A stretch of DNA of 64,000 nt, from assembly GCA_045601365.1 (NCBI GenBank), contig JAZRZN010000002.1, forward strand, positions 20,376-84,375, read 5' to 3'. The translations under genes were made by a program, and so were the position numbers. Shown here piece by piece: positions 37,347-46,644 of this stretch. The notes under the pieces were generated by a model, which saw only the letters and a list, made by a program, of their open reading frames with translations, ran no database searches and was not told where the DNA came from. Position 1 is the first letter of the stretch. The number at the start of each line of letters is the position of its first letter. The DNA comes from Clostridia bacterium. GTDB taxonomy: Bacteria > Bacillota > Clostridia > Christensenellales > QALW01.

Positions 37347-39584
37347 ATGGAAACATTCAAAAATGAACTTTATGATTTTTATTTGAATAAAATCGACGGT
37401 ATGGCTGACAGCTTTGCCGAAAAAATGTTTGTACTGCTCGATTCTTTTGTTTCGCCGGATATGAACGGATATCAGCGTAAGGCTTTACAGTATAAAACTA
37501 TCGCGGAACATGCAGAGCCGATACTGTTTCATACATCTCCGTTCTACCATGAGCTTGGCACGATGATAGCGGTTTGCGACGGATGCGGTTCTTTCCACGG
37601 ACACAAACACGCGGGCGGTTGGAATTTTGCACGATACGGTCATTTGTATTCGGAGCTTGAGCCCGAGCTGATGAAATTAAAAAACAAACAGGCGGAAAGC
37701 CTGCTGTACTTGATTTGCGGACCGTTCAGCGACTGCATGCAGCATTTTATGTTCAACTGCAAGCCGGTATTTGCGGGCGGACTTAAGGCTCTTTATGAGG
37801 AAGCAATAGCACGGTCTGCCGACGCAAAGGGGATAGAAAAGGATTTTTTGGATTCCGCTGTTGAAGGCTTGCTTGCAATGAAGCGGATATCGGAAAAGTT
37901 TTCAAAAAAAGCACTTAAAATGGTTGAGGGCGCAACCGGTGAGGAAAGAAAAAATCTGTTGCGCATAGCGGATGCATCATCGTATACGCCGTGGAATGCA
38001 CCGCGCAGTTTTTATGAAGCACTCAACACACTTGCTTTCACACGAACCGTATGCGGCGCACTTGAGGGAGTGGGGTATAATACCTTCGGGCGACCCGATG
38101 TTGAGCTTTTTCCGTTTTATAAGCACGATATCGAAAACGGCTTGCTTACAAAAGACGAAGCATATGACTTGATCTGCAAATTCCTTTTGACGTGGGATCT
38201 TCATTACGATCATGATATGAAGATGGTGGGATATGCCGATCATGAGCTGGAAAACACATATACGCTCGGCGGATGTGACGAAAACGGTGAGCCTGTGTGG
38301 AATGAGCTGACGGAAATGTTCCTGCGTGCAACACGCGAGCATAAGATAATTTTTCCTAAAATCAAGGTGCGCTTTTCGGCAAATTCGCCGAAGGAATACC
38401 TTGACGCAATAAACGAAAGCGTGATAAAGGGCACTACGGTGGTGCTTTACCAAAATGACGATGCCGCTGTTCCGGCACTTGTCAACGCCGGATTTTCACT
38501 GAAAGATGCGCGTGACTATATCGTTACAGGTTGTTGGGGGCTGATGACGAACGGCAATTTCATGGACGACCACGGCAATTATGTAAATCTTTTGAAGGCG
38601 TTCGAGTATTCCGTTCACGACCTGAAAGAACAAAGCAAGTATGCGGAAATAGATTTTCTCCCGTTCGATGGCGCAAAAAGCTTCGATGAAGTATACGATA
38701 TAACGCTCGAAAATTGCAAGAAACTGTTTCGTGCGCGTAACCGCATCACGCTTGAGGGTAAACCCTTGTGGCATATGACAGACCCCGTGCCGCTGACATC
38801 GGCTTCAATGGATGATTGTCTTAAAAATAAAAAAGACCTGACGAACGGCGGGTGTAAATATCACAACGAACACTATCAGTGTGTGGGATTTCCGAATATA
38901 ATAGATTCGTTGCTTGCCATTAAGACGCTGTGCTTCGATGAAAAGAAGTATTCGCTTGCGGAGCTTCTTGCGGCGGTGAGAAATAATTGGAAAAACTGCG
39001 ATATAATGCGGGCGGATGCGATGCACTGCCATTGCTGGGGCGATGAAAGCAAGGAATCGTCTGCTCTTGCGCAAAGATTCAACCATGACCTGTATGTTGC
39101 ACTCGGTGAGATTGAAACACTGTGGGACGGGGGACGGATAGACCTCGGGCATCTGACGTATACGGAAATAAGATTCTGGGGCGAAAAGACGCTTGCAACG
39201 CCCGACGGGCGCAAAAACGGAGATTACTTTTCGCAGGGGCTGACACCGTCAAGATTGCACAGCATACCGAATGTCACATCCGTTGTAAACAGCCTCAAGG
39301 CGCTTGATGCGCGCGAAATGGCGGGGAATACCGTGGTCAATATAATCCTCCCGTCAAATAAGATGTCGCTTGATAACTGCGAGGCTTTTTTGCGGGCATG
39401 CGCCAATACGTCGATGCTTTCGTTGCAGCTCAATTGCGTAACGAAAGAAGAACTGCTTGATGCGCAAAAGCATCCCGAAACGCATCGCGATCTTATAGTT
39501 CGCGTCTGCGGATTCTCGGCACGCTTTACGAGCCTTTCACCCGAATGGCAGGCGGAAGTGCTTTCGCGGAATTTCTATGATTAA
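37347..39584 (+). CDS. glycyl radical enzyme, PFL2/dehydratase-like family, unknown substrate
   Basis: C-terminal glycyl-radical motif DLIVRVCGFSARFTSLSPEWQ. Candidate thiyl loop RDYIVTGCWGLM. Start ATG 37347 follows GAGGTGA. Confidence 0.8.
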   Translation: METFKNELYDFYLNKIDGMADSFAEKMFVLLDSFVSPDMNGYQRKALQYKTIAEHAEPILFHTSPFYHELGTMIAVCDGCGSFHGHKHAGGWNFARYGHLYSELEPELMKLKNKQAESLLYLICGPFSDCMQHFMFNCKPVFAGGLKALYEEAIARSADAKGIEKDFLDSAVEGLLAMKRISEKFSKKALKMVEGATGEERKNLLRIADASSYTPWNAPRSFYEALNTLAFTRTVCGALEGVGYNTFGRPDVELFPFYKHDIENGLLTKDEAYDLICKFLLTWDLHYDHDMKMVGYADHELENTYTLGGCDENGEPVWNELTEMFLRATREHKIIFPKIKVRFSANSPKEYLDAINESVIKGTTVVLYQNDDAAVPALVNAGFSLKDARDYIVTGCWGLMTNGNFMDDHGNYVNLLKAFEYSVHDLKEQSKYAEIDFLPFDGAKSFDEVYDITLENCKKLFRARNRITLEGKPLWHMTDPVPLTSASMDDCLKNKKDLTNGGCKYHNEHYQCVGFPNIIDSLLAIKTLCFDEKKYSLAELLAAVRNNWKNCDIMRADAMHCHCWGDESKESSALAQRFNHDLYVALGEIETLWDGGRIDLGHLTYTEIRFWGEKTLATPDGRKNGDYFSQGLTPSRLHSIPNVTSVVNSLKALDAREMAGNTVVNIILPSNKMSLDNCEAFLRACANTSMLSLQLNCVTKEELLDAQKHPETHRDLIVRVCGFSARFTSLSPEWQAEVLSRNFYD

Positions 39585-39864
39585 AAGCATCAATAACGAA
39601 ACATGGGGCGGTCACGCAACGACCGTCCCATGTAAGCTTTAAGAAAAAACATTTACCTGATATCTGCTTTATATGCTCGCGGTAAAAATCAGGCGCATCG
39701 TATTGGTCGCTTATCACCCACACAGTGCCGAGCGCATGCTTTTTTATCTTATCAAGCGCGTATGCGAATTGGCTGAAGCCGGGACTTCCGCCCGCGCCCA
39801 TAAGCGTCATGCCTATTTTCTGTTCGTCATTCAGCTCTTCGAATTTAAGCGGTGTGTGTTTCAT
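39526..39864 (-). pseudogene. truncated paralog of the GH3 gene (N-terminal ~70 codons only)
   Basis: MKHTPLKFEELNDEQKIGMTLMGAGG...HALGTVWVI parallels MKEIKELRFEDLSVDQKLGMVMMGSGG...HALGTMWVV of ORF 40732-42312. Similarity is lost near nt ~39650. The ORF tail then runs through the GRE terminator hairpin and the GRE 3' end. Confidence 0.65.
39601..39633 (+). terminator. 13-bp stem-loop downstream of the GRE gene
   Basis: ACATGGGGCGGTC acgcaac GACCGTCCCATGT (one G-T pair). No clear T-run. Confidence 0.5.
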
Positions 39865-39874
39865 GATGATCTCC

Positions 39875-40720
39875 TTACAGCTTCAGAAGTATAATGGATG
39901 ATATCCCGAGGCAAAAGCCTATTATCTGGAGTACGGTCAGCTTTTCCTTGAAAAGGAACTTGCCTGCCGCAAGCGAAGCAAGCGAGGTCAGCGCGGCTAT
40001 TACGGGCGACATGACGGTCAGATTTTCCACCGATGCAAGATACAGTGAAACAAAGCACGAGCCGCCGTTTGCCACGCCCGAAAGTATACCGTTGAGATCA
40101 ATAAGCTGTTTTGCGGTTTTCGGCTTGTGCTTGCACAGCATGATAACGGTGAATACCAATGATGCGATGACCATCGTGTAAAGCATGAATTCCACCATAT
40201 AGCTGTTCGGAAACGCCTTTTGATGCAATTTCTTGACTATCGAACAGCAACCGTCGGAAATCATGGTCGTTACCGTGAAAATGAACCATTTCAGATTTGC
40301 TTTTTTGTCGCTTCTTTTCTTTGCGTTTATAACAAAGAGCGAAGAAAACAGAAGAATCAAGCCGATGATGCCGAACACCGAAAGGCTTTCGCCAAGAACG
40401 AATATACCGAACGCACACGGGATCATCAGCGAAAACGATATTATCATCGACGTTATCGCCAAGGGACCCGATGCAAGTGCCTTAAGTCCCGCCCACATCG
40501 AAATCAGAATAAAAAACGCATATGCAAGTGAATAGAGCAATGTCGGTAAATGGAACGATAACGAAAGCACGACTCCCATCAGCAGGAACATCAGCGAAGC
40601 ACCAACCGTTTTATTCACGTTGAAAATATCCTGATCGCCCTTGTTGCCGCCGTACTTGCACAGCGAACACTGTGCGACCGAAAGCGCAACGCTTCCCGCG
40701 TATGCAAAAAATACTAACAT
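39875..40720 (-). CDS. DMT-superfamily (EamA-like) 10-TM transporter
   Basis: 281 aa with two 5-TM halves. No cytosolic domains. Confidence 0.7.
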   Translation of the reverse strand: MLVFFAYAGSVALSVAQCSLCKYGGNKGDQDIFNVNKTVGASLMFLLMGVVLSLSFHLPTLLYSLAYAFFILISMWAGLKALASGPLAITSMIISFSLMIPCAFGIFVLGESLSVFGIIGLILLFSSLFVINAKKRSDKKANLKWFIFTVTTMISDGCCSIVKKLHQKAFPNSYMVEFMLYTMVIASLVFTVIMLCKHKPKTAKQLIDLNGILSGVANGGSCFVSLYLASVENLTVMSPVIAALTSLASLAAGKFLFKEKLTVLQIIGFCLGISSIILLKL

Positions 40721-40731
40721 ATATCCACCTG

Positions 40732-42312
40732 TTATTTAAGATCGACTTTATAAGGAAGCTTACCTGTCGGCTTATACAGACCTGCCACCGCGTCGATCGC
40801 ATAAAGCACGGCGTTGGCTGATTCCGGCGGTCCGGCGATGATGCGCTTCATGTGCGGAACGCTCTCAAGCACGAACGGGTTGCCGAAATACAGGAACGCG
40901 GCTATCTTATCGGTGCTTTGAAGTGCTTCAAGTGTGCAGATTATCCTTGATGTAAAGGCATCGTAGCCCTGATACGGCTTTGAGCTTACAAAGCTGATGA
41001 AAACCACATCGTCATAGTCGTTTGCCGATTGCAATAAGTTACGGATATCGCCTCTGTCGGGGAACTGCGAGATAGATGTTATGTCCGAATTTGGGAACAG
41101 CTTTTGCACACGGGGAACTATCTGACGCGGATGATACCATTCGACGATATCGTTATCCTCGCCCTTGAAAATATTCTCAGCCTGTTCGGTCATAACGACG
41201 AAAAGATGCTTGCCGTCTCTCGGAACAGACAGCTCCAGCCCCTCGTCGGTGATAGCCGCGATGCTGTTACGGTTGATTTTTTCCGAAATAGCGTAATCCT
41301 CTTCGGTAAGCTCAACTTCCTTGGCATTAACGAAAATATCGTGCTGGAAAGCAAGCACACGCTTAACAGCTTCGTCAAGGCGTTCCTCGGTAAGCACTCC
41401 GCGCTTGTAAGCGTCCTTAAGGCTTTCGTAGCAGATGCGCGGCCATTTTGTCCATGAAAGCGCAATATCGTTGCCGCCCTGTATGCACAGCGGGAAACGT
41501 TCATCGCCGTATTTTGAGCGGATGCCGTTCATATCAAGGCTATCGGTCATGAATATGCCCTCAAAGCCTTGACGGCGGAGTATGTCGGTTACTTTTTTAG
41601 AAAGCGTTACGGGGAAATCCGGGTCTATCTTCGGCAGACGCGAATGCGATGTCATCGCGCCGTCAAGCAATCCTCTTTCGATAAGCTTACGGTACGGATA
41701 GAGATTGTCTTCAAGCAGCTCTTCCTCGCTGAGTTCGCAAAGCGATTCAAGCATATGCGAATCCGTTTTGGATATAACGCTCGGGTAATGCTTTACTATG
41801 GACTTTATTCCCGCATCGTGGAAGCCGCGGATGTAGGCGGATGCGAATTCCACCAATTTATCCTTATCGTCGGTGAATGATCTGTACAGTTCGCGAAGCT
41901 TCGTGATATTCAGATTGGTACGTTCGAGTATCGGACTGCAAACAGTGTTATAGCCTGTCCTGTTTGCCATTTTCCCGACAGACAGTGCAAATTTATATGT
42001 ATCCTCAATGCTGTCGTTTATGCCGATAGCCATTTGCTTGCCTATCTCATAGCCGGGATAGCCGCTCTCCATATCACAGCATATGATTATGGGATAATCC
42101 GCGACCTCTTTTATCTTTTCGATGCACTTTCTTGCGGAATCATCTTCCGTCGGAACGACCCACATAGTACCGAGCGCATGGTTTTTGATAAGCTCAAGCG
42201 CAAAATCGAAATCAGGCTCAGCCCATTTGACACCGCCGCTGCCCATCATCACCATGCCGAGCTTTTGGTCAACGCTCAGATCCTCAAAACGCAACTCTTT
42301 TATCTCTTTCAT
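40732..42312 (-). CDS. glycoside hydrolase family 3 (NagZ-like beta-N-acetylhexosaminidase/beta-glucosidase)
   Basis: KHYPS..DSH and nucleophile region FMTDSLDM. Start moved to ATG 42312, which follows GGAGGTG. Confidence 0.8.
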   Translation of the reverse strand: MKEIKELRFEDLSVDQKLGMVMMGSGGVKWAEPDFDFALELIKNHALGTMWVVPTEDDSARKCIEKIKEVADYPIIICCDMESGYPGYEIGKQMAIGINDSIEDTYKFALSVGKMANRTGYNTVCSPILERTNLNITKLRELYRSFTDDKDKLVEFASAYIRGFHDAGIKSIVKHYPSVISKTDSHMLESLCELSEEELLEDNLYPYRKLIERGLLDGAMTSHSRLPKIDPDFPVTLSKKVTDILRRQGFEGIFMTDSLDMNGIRSKYGDERFPLCIQGGNDIALSWTKWPRICYESLKDAYKRGVLTEERLDEAVKRVLAFQHDIFVNAKEVELTEEDYAISEKINRNSIAAITDEGLELSVPRDGKHLFVVMTEQAENIFKGEDNDIVEWYHPRQIVPRVQKLFPNSDITSISQFPDRGDIRNLLQSANDYDDVVFISFVSSKPYQGYDAFTSRIICTLEALQSTDKIAAFLYFGNPFVLESVPHMKRIIAGPPESANAVLYAIDAVAGLYKPTGKLPYKVDLK

Positions 42313-42608
42313 AAATACACCTCCGATGTTATTTTTGCTAAGTATACTATTTTTTTCGGCACAAATCAAGCAATAAATCAAGATTTATACGCCTGAATTA
42401 AAGATTTTTATTCATTGTGTAAATATTATACAATCGAAAAACCGATAAGTAAATATCCGTATTTAATCAAAAAGATGGTATTTCTGATGATTATAGTTTT
42501 TTGCCTGCTGTCAGGGGCGCATAAACGATACTGCCGGCAGGGGGGACTGTCTGAAAGGACTTTTAAAGCACCGATCGTGTCGGTGCTTATATCGTTCGGT
42601 ATTCTGTT

Positions 42609-43511
42609 TTATTTTGAGAAAACTTTTTTGTAAATCGATATTATACGCAATATGATTTTCTCACGGAGCTTAAGACCTGAAAAAAGTTCCTTGTTGCTGA
42701 TTTGAGCATTTTCTGCGGAGTTTTTTGCATAAAGAACATTCAAGAGATATCTTTTTGATAAAAACTTATACTTGTCGGGGCATTCCTGCAATATGTATTT
42801 ATACAAACGGTATGCGTTCAAATAATGTTCTTTGCTTTTTTCGTATTTTCTGTTTGAAAGACTGCGCTCGTTTGCCGGCGGTATGTGGTAGATCCTGAAA
42901 ATCTCATTTGTGTAGAACTGATCATAATCATTTTTTATCTGATCCCACAAAAAACTTTCAAAAATAAATTTACATCCCTCAATTTCGGGGAATTTGTACT
43001 GTTTTACTATTGAAACTTTTTGAAAACCGCATTTTTCACCTTTACACTGTTCCAATACTTTTTTTAATGCACGCTTGCTGAGCGAATTGATATTTTCGGG
43101 GAATGGCTTGCCGACCATTTCCATTTGCCTGTTTTTGACGCAACGGCCGTTTATGCACCATATTCTGTCCTTTGCGGCGGGATCCATTGAATCCCACATA
43201 CGAAGACCTTTCTCCATTGCATCGGGCAATAGCTCGTCATCGTCATCTATCTGGAAGCAAAACTCTGTTTCCGCCAGATCATACAGCCAATTAAGCGCGC
43301 AATGCTTTCCTTTGTTTTCCTGATAATAATATCTTATCGGGAATGTACTGCTTTTTTGAAATTCCCTTATAACATCTTCAGTGTCGTCCGTTGATCCGTC
43401 GTCAACAATGATCCATTCAAAATCCTTGTATGTCGATGCTTCAAGTGAAGAATACAATCTGTGTAGCTTTTCAGACCTGTTATATGTGGGCGTCAATACC
43501 GATACTCTCAT
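42609..43511 (-). CDS. family-2 glycosyltransferase
   Basis: VSVLTPTYNRSEKL...WIIVDDGSTDDT and a DDDDE (DxD) motif. Confidence 0.85.
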   Translation of the reverse strand: MRVSVLTPTYNRSEKLHRLYSSLEASTYKDFEWIIVDDGSTDDTEDVIREFQKSSTFPIRYYYQENKGKHCALNWLYDLAETEFCFQIDDDDELLPDAMEKGLRMWDSMDPAAKDRIWCINGRCVKNRQMEMVGKPFPENINSLSKRALKKVLEQCKGEKCGFQKVSIVKQYKFPEIEGCKFIFESFLWDQIKNDYDQFYTNEIFRIYHIPPANERSLSNRKYEKSKEHYLNAYRLYKYILQECPDKYKFLSKRYLLNVLYAKNSAENAQISNKELFSGLKLREKIILRIISIYKKVFSK

Positions 43512-43675
43512 TTTCCACTCTCCTTTTGTGACAACTTTATATTTTGATTATATCATTTTATGCTTTATTTTGCAATATATTTTCAAAAATCAAATTGTCT
43601 GCCGCACGAAATGCATTTTAAGGAGGCGCTGATTTATTCGCCTCATATGAAGTCACCGAATTGATAAGCACTTCT

Positions 43676-44542
43676 TTAATGTTTTGCGCCCCTGCTGTAC
43701 TCTCCCGGCGTAACGCGGTAAAACTTTTTGAATGCTTTGCCGAAGGACTGCGTGTCGGCAAAGCAGAGCTGCTCGGCGGTATCGGATATGGAATGACCGG
43801 ATCTGAGCAGTGCGGAAGCCTTTTCTAAGCGACGGGCGGTATAGTAATTCATTACCGTCATGCCCATTGCATCGGAGAATTTCTTTGAAAGATAGCCGTA
43901 GCTGTAGCCAAGCTCGGAAGCCATATCTTTTAATGAATGTATTTCACAAAGGTATGTTTCGATGTACTGTATCATGTCGTATATGAGCTGATTCGGCTGA
44001 CGGTGTACGGCAGAGTGAAGTTCGCTTTCCGGGCGGAAGTGACGGAACACGAGTATCATTACCTGCTGGAGATACGCCTTTATCAACGGAACGGCAAGCG
44101 TGTTTGCCGATGTTGCTTCTTCAACCACCGAGACGAGTGTCGGATAGACATCACGGCATGAATACGCTGTAGGCTCATCAAGCTCATCGAACATGCGGTT
44201 TATCACTTCGGCGCACTGCCAATCGTCACTGTCACGGTTGAAGCTGAACGCAAAGCTTATAAAACGAAGGGGATGCGTACTGTCGGAGAGTATTTTGTGA
44301 TCATCGCCTTTTCTGCTCAAAAAGAGCATACGCTCACCGACATCGTAACAGATGCCGTTGCGGTACATTTTTCCGAGTCCTCCGACAATATATGTTATTT
44401 CATTGCAAAGCTGTCTGTGCTGTGGGATCTCCTGCGATACAGTGCAGGAAATGTCACTTATCTGATAGACATTGAAGGAATCAAAGAACAGCGGTTGATC
44501 CCAATATCCGATATCTATGTGATATTTCTTTTTGCGTACCAT
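43676..44542 (-). CDS. AraC-family transcriptional regulator
   Basis: C-terminal HTH pair (ISDTAEQLCFADTQSFGKAFKKFYRVTPGEY). Divergent from 44695-46568. Confidence 0.85.
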   Translation of the reverse strand: MVRKKKYHIDIGYWDQPLFFDSFNVYQISDISCTVSQEIPQHRQLCNEITYIVGGLGKMYRNGICYDVGERMLFLSRKGDDHKILSDSTHPLRFISFAFSFNRDSDDWQCAEVINRMFDELDEPTAYSCRDVYPTLVSVVEEATSANTLAVPLIKAYLQQVMILVFRHFRPESELHSAVHRQPNQLIYDMIQYIETYLCEIHSLKDMASELGYSYGYLSKKFSDAMGMTVMNYYTARRLEKASALLRSGHSISDTAEQLCFADTQSFGKAFKKFYRVTPGEYSRGAKH

Positions 44543-44694
44543 ACTGACACTCCTTTTCGACAGTATATCTCCGTCAGCATCAATATGTCAAACATTTTCG
44601 AAAAAATAATAAAGAATTGACACAAAATGATATTTCTTTGACATTGCAAGGCTGTACTTTACTGATATAATAGTGTGTGCGAAGGAGGGATTTT

Positions 44695-45624
44695 ATGATT
44701 TTTGCATATCTTATACATTTAGGACAGAATTTCTGGAAAGAACAGGAAGACGATAATTCCGTGCCGCTCGGACGTTGGTCAGATACTCTTGTGACAGAGG
44801 ATGCTTCGTGGGAAATGATAACCGCACATATAGCCGCATCGGGTGTCAATACACTTGTTATCGACCTCGGTGAGGGCATACAGTACGAATCGCACCCGGA
44901 GCTTTCGTGTAAGGGCGCATGGCCTAAGGAAAGAGTAAAAAAAGAGCTTGACCGCATCCGCAAGCTCGGAATGGAGCCGATACCGAAGCTGAATTTTTCG
45001 GCACGGCACGATGCGTGGCTCGGGAAGTATTCGCATATGGTATCGACGCAGGTTTATTATAAAGTGGTTGCGGAGCTTATCGACGAGGTGTGCGAACTGT
45101 TCGACACACCGCCGTACTTTCATCTCGGAATGGATGAGGAGTGGCCGGAAATGGCGGGCGGAGGCTTCATTTGCATGCGTCAGGGCGAGCTGTTCTGGCA
45201 CGACATAAGATATCTCTGCGCTTGCTGTACCAAAAACGGCGTGCGACCGTGGCTGTGGGGCGATACGGCGACGTTCAAGCTTGAAGAGGCTATCGCAAAT
45301 TACCCCAAGGAAGCGATAATTTCAGCCGCAAACTATATCCGCATTCGCAATACGCATTTGATGAACGCTCATGAAAAAGCGTATACCGATCCGTATTTTG
45401 CGTATGCCGATAACGGCTTCGAGCAAGTGCCTACCTGCGCTACATATTACAATACTCAGAATGCCGACGATACGATGTATTTGCTTAAGGATAAACCGGG
45501 CGTGATAGGTTTCCTTACCGCGCCGTGGTTCCGCACACGCAAATCCGATGAGCTTAAGCATCTTGCCGAAGCGGATATATTCGGTGCGGCAATAGAGAAG
45601 TATTTCGGAAAGGAGCGCAAATAA
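44695..45624 (+). CDS. uncharacterised hydrolase-like protein, paralog A (possible TIM-barrel glycosidase; HLGMDEE motif)
   Basis: Start ATG 44695 follows GAAGGAGGG. Clear paralogy with the next ORF. FHLGMDEE is reminiscent of the GH20 H-x-G-G-D-E catalytic motif; this is not validated. Confidence 0.55.
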   Translation: MIFAYLIHLGQNFWKEQEDDNSVPLGRWSDTLVTEDASWEMITAHIAASGVNTLVIDLGEGIQYESHPELSCKGAWPKERVKKELDRIRKLGMEPIPKLNFSARHDAWLGKYSHMVSTQVYYKVVAELIDEVCELFDTPPYFHLGMDEEWPEMAGGGFICMRQGELFWHDIRYLCACCTKNGVRPWLWGDTATFKLEEAIANYPKEAIISAANYIRIRNTHLMNAHEKAYTDPYFAYADNGFEQVPTCATYYNTQNADDTMYLLKDKPGVIGFLTAPWFRTRKSDELKHLAEADIFGAAIEKYFGKERK

Positions 45625-46568
45625 TGGATAATAAGATATGGGCATGCCGGCTGTGCCTCGGCTATAACATATGGTTCGATGAGGGCTATAAGATGACCTT
45701 CACCGATGACGACAGACAAAAAAGAGATTTCCTTTATTTTGACGAAGAGGTTTTCGGCGAACTGTGTGATTTTCTTGCGGAGCAGGGCTTCAACACGGTC
45801 GTGCTTGAGCTTGCGGAGGGCATGATATATGACAGCGCTCCTGAGCTTGCCGTAAAAGGAAGCTTTAATAAATCCAAAATGCGAAAACTGCTTGAATATA
45901 TGCGTTCACGGGGGCTTACACCGATACCGAAGCTTGATTTCTCGGCGGCGCACGATGTATGGCTCGGCGAATACGGCAGGATGCTTTCAACTGACGAATA
46001 TCGCGAGCTTGGCGCAAAGCTGATCCGTGAGGTGTGCGAGCTGTTCGACCGTCCCGAATACTTTCATCTCGGCTTCGGCGATGAAACACTTGAGGCACAA
46101 AAATATTATCAGTATGTCGTTGTACGCGGCACGGTGAATTTTTGGCACGATCTGAATCATTTTGCGGATGCGTGCCGCAAAAACGGTGCAAGACCGATAA
46201 TTTCAGGTGATCTGTATTACCGTCAACCGGAAATATTTGAACAGTGTATTGCCGACGATATCGTTATCGAAGCAAAATACACCGAATACATGGTTGCGGA
46301 AAAAGATAAGTTCGGACGTGACCTGCGTCCTGATGTGCAAAAGAAATTTGAAAGCCTTATACGGCTTAAAAACGATACCATCTATGCGTGCAACGGCATA
46401 ACTGCTTTCAATACGGATTCGCTGTGCGAATATGCCGCAAAATGCGATTTGCCGAATTTTATCGGGATGATGACATCGTCCGATGAGCCGACCGCGCGCC
46501 GCGTAGCAAACTTCATCAAGCATGACGCATCACGCCTTGCCGCGGGGAAGAGGTTCTTTATAAGCTAA
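45624..46568 (+). CDS. uncharacterised hydrolase-like protein, paralog B (HLGFGDE motif)
   Basis: Shares G.NT.V..L.EG..Y.S.PEL..KG...PIPKL.FSA.HD.WLG.Y..M.ST...LI.EVCELFD.P.YFHLG with paralog A. Its start overlaps the stop of A. Confidence 0.55.
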   Translation: MDNKIWACRLCLGYNIWFDEGYKMTFTDDDRQKRDFLYFDEEVFGELCDFLAEQGFNTVVLELAEGMIYDSAPELAVKGSFNKSKMRKLLEYMRSRGLTPIPKLDFSAAHDVWLGEYGRMLSTDEYRELGAKLIREVCELFDRPEYFHLGFGDETLEAQKYYQYVVVRGTVNFWHDLNHFADACRKNGARPIISGDLYYRQPEIFEQCIADDIVIEAKYTEYMVAEKDKFGRDLRPDVQKKFESLIRLKNDTIYACNGITAFNTDSLCEYAAKCDLPNFIGMMTSSDEPTARRVANFIKHDASRLAAGKRFFIS

Positions 46569-46644
46569 ACATGTAAAAATACTTTACTTTTTGTGTTATC
46601 GGTGATATAATCGTCAATGCAAAAACAAAAGGGGGAGTATTTTT

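Noticed and set aside
35343-39650. Integrated mobile element or prophage at tRNA-Leu
   Set aside because: No integrase, recombinase or phage structural genes are present. No direct repeat of the tRNA 3' end was spotted by eye downstream. Only a boundary-like context remains, which is reported as a low-confidence idea.
36408-42381. GRE-activating radical-SAM enzyme near the GRE
   Set aside because: I scanned all listed translations for an N-terminal CxxxCxxC cluster and found none. This is reported as absence, not as a feature.
42415-42633. 72-aa plus-strand ORF between GH3 and GT2
   Set aside because: It has no SD and lies in an AT-rich spacer that contains the GT2 terminator hairpin and the GH3 promoter region. 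It is likely non-coding.
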